From assembly GCA_965203555.1 (NCBI GenBank), contig CBDBCY010000004.1, forward strand, positions 128,001 through 192,000: a stretch of DNA of 64,000 bases, in the 5' to 3' direction. The translations under genes were made by a program, and so were the position numbers. The notes beneath the pieces were generated by a model. The model was not told the origin of the DNA and searched no databases. It saw nothing but the letters and a program-made list of their open reading frames with translations. Every line of letters begins with the position of its first letter. Position 1 is the first letter of the stretch. The stretch comes from Acidimicrobiia bacterium. GTDB taxonomy: Bacteria > Actinomycetota > Acidimicrobiia > Spongiisociales > ZC4RG35. Of this stretch, positions 63,675-64,000 are shown piece after piece.

Positions 63675-64000
63675 TCGAGATCGTTCCCCTGACCGCCGAT
63701 CGGCTGGACGAGGTGGTGGAGATCGAACGGAGGGTCTATCCGACGCCATGGAGCGAGGAGACGTTCCTGGAAGAACTGGCCGCTCCCCGTCGCATCTACC
63801 TGGTGGCTCTACTGGAAGGAGAGGTGGTCGGATACGCCGGGATGATGTTGGTTGCGGACGAGGCGCATGTCACTACCGTGGTCACCGAGCCACAGCGGCG
63901 CAGGGAACGTGTGGCTACTCGACTGATGTTGCGCCTTGCCCACCGGGCGGTGCAGTCGAGAGCGCGCAGTCTCACATTGGAGGTGCGTTCTTCCAACAAA
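63671..64000 (+). CDS. rimI: Ribosomal protein S18 alanine N-acetyltransferase (3'-truncated by window edge)
   Basis: MIEIVPL..IERRVYPTPWS..GYAG..EAHVTT..LTLEVRSSN; tsaE-tsaB-rimI synteny. Confidence 0.88.
   Translation, partial: MIEIVPLTADRLDEVVEIERRVYPTPWSEETFLEELAAPRRIYLVALLEGEVVGYAGMMLVADEAHVTTVVTEPQRRRERVATRLMLRLAHRAVQSRARSLTLEVRSSNK

Noticed and set aside
1-64000. tRNA or rRNA genes
   Set aside because: No cloverleaf or rRNA signature was recognised in the intergenic regions by eye.

Overview
High-GC bacterial chromosome segment, almost entirely + strand coding. It is most likely an actinobacterium, possibly Acidimicrobiia-like; this is inferred from gene order, a DUF222-HNH element, leaderless promoters and a long S3 tail. 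The left edge holds the tail of a defence-like island (type I R-M methyltransferase, then a DUF5131 three-Cys protein and its TcmP partner). Core blocks follow: comEA-comEC-holA, rpsT, lepA-hemW-hrcA-dnaJ-HIT-phoH-7TM-HD-ybeY-corC-era, pyc, icd, nadA-nadC, the full str/S10/spc/alpha ribosomal supercluster, truA, rplM-rpsI, glmM, a glmS ribozyme with glmS, acpS-nnr-alr, an IMPDH/GMPR-family gene, udg, tsaE-tsaB-rimI. Small accessory inserts are a DUF222-HNH element, a ~0.45 kb tandem duplication encoding heptad-repeat mini-proteins, a decayed PemK/MazF TA pair and a low-GC DUF2335 two-gene islet after glmS. The most striking oddity is tuf: nearly every third codon position is G or T, with an abrupt flip to A/C-rich sequence at its 3' end, and the same polarity appears in the HNH element. 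Single-base indels in dnaJ and nadA may be sequencing errors. All calls come from reading the sequence; no database searches were run.
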